Shown here: in pieces, positions 40,837-41,366 of the stretch
How the letters are laid out: every line of letters begins with the position of its first letter
Position numbering within the stretch: the first letter of the stretch is position 1
Assembly (NCBI GenBank): GCA_030704615.1
Contig: JAKLZA010000103.1
Span: 1-41,366 of the forward strand
DNA: 41,366 bases
From: Takakia lepidozioides
Lineage: Eukaryota; Plantae; Bryophyta
Direction of reading: 5' to 3'
Notes under the pieces: generated by a model
Seen by the model: the letters and a program-made list of their open reading frames with translations, nothing else
The model's database searches: none
What the model was told of the DNA's origin: nothing
Program-made: the position numbers and the translations under genes

Positions 40837-41080
40837 CACGTGGGGCCGTCACCCTCCGATTGGACGTCCTGTCGAAGTAAATTCTGCGCCTCATTCTTGG
40901 GTACGGTTATATTAAATGGTGCTCTTTTCCTTTGCCACTTGCCCGACCTTCGCTCGTGACCCATGCGTTTCAAACCGAGACAACAACAACACTTCCTCGC
41001 TCCGAGCTCCTCATCTTCCCCACACTCCCCCTTCCTTGCGCACCCTCTCTGCTTCCTGGCAGCCCTTTCATTAGTCCTCG
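40837..41080 (+). promoter_or_regulatory. Putative Pol II promoter and pyrimidine-rich leader
   Basis: CACGTG (G-box/E-box) at 40837-40842, inverted CCAAT (ATTGG) at 40859-40863 and TATA-like TATATTAAAT at 40908-40917. A CT-rich tract then leads to the ATG at 41081. The motifs are short, and only their order and spacing support the call. Confidence 0.35.
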
Positions 41081-41366
41081 ATGGTGTGTTGGGATCCCAT
41101 TAACTGCCCAAACAAGAATCGCACCCCGTGGGACTTCTTGCCCAAGTCAGGGGATATTTTCATATACCTGCAGGATTGGATAGACCACTCTCAGCAGAGG
41201 AGGGTGAACCTGTCCGCTCTTGAGTACCTTCCTGGCTTCCACGATGAGCCTCGCGGGGACTTTTTGCGCAATGTTGCATTTTGTTGTATGTTGACTTTTG
41301 GCAGCGAGGGTCTGGCACTCAATCTTGTAATCAGACCCACTGGAATGCCACCTCTGTCAGTTCCCT
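41081..41366 (+). CDS. Hypothetical protein, 5' part only (95 codons, runs off the window end)
   Basis: Hand translation: MVCWDPINCPNKNRTPWDFLPKSGDIFIYLQDWIDHSQQRRVNLSALEYLPGFHDEPRGDFLRNVAFCCMLTFGSEGLALNLVIRPTGMPPLSVP. There is no stop before the edge, an in-frame TAG lies at 41072-41074, and the ATG has G at +4. I recognise no domain. Confidence 0.4.
   Translation, partial: MVCWDPINCPNKNRTPWDFLPKSGDIFIYLQDWIDHSQQRRVNLSALEYLPGFHDEPRGDFLRNVAFCCMLTFGSEGLALNLVIRPTGMPPLSVP

Noticed and set aside
40151-40973. Long ORFs (254, 206, 157, 186 aa) over the junction and 96-bp repeat
   Set aside because: Four frames on both strands are open simply because the GC-rich repeat length is a multiple of 3. 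The reading frames shift between copies, and the + ORFs start inside the suspect duplication.
40932-41183. 83-aa + strand ORF in the track
   Set aside because: It has a non-ATG start and Pro/Ser/Leu-rich composition dictated by the CT-rich tract, and it overlaps the better ATG-initiated frame at 41081.

Overview
About 97% of the window (1 to ~40,212) is one head-to-tail tandem array of a ~1.01-kb non-coding unit, about 40 copies. The marker TAATATGAGATCAATCGAAATTCATT recurs at 786, 1794, 2806 ... 39203 (degraded by single-base deletions in the last two copies), giving a mean period of ~1011 bp. The unit is composite. It holds three complete, diverged 120-bp subrepeats, one partial copy and one eroded copy, plus a dense set of short palindromes and an 83-nt imperfect hairpin. 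The 1-kb copies differ almost only by homopolymer indels, with more noise at both ends. This looks like long-read error on a near-identical array. The array ends in an exact 188-bp duplication (probable assembly artefact). It then joins abruptly to ~4.5 copies of a GC-rich 96-bp repeat, one of which has a flipped hairpin core. The window ends with a plant-like promoter stretch and a 95-codon ORF running off the edge that is missing from the supplied ORF track. The DNA looks eukaryotic, tentatively plant. I find no credible gene, RNA gene or CRISPR array inside the array. The most parsimonious reading is a complex satellite next to a transposon-derived flank. I cannot support a new gene system from this sequence.
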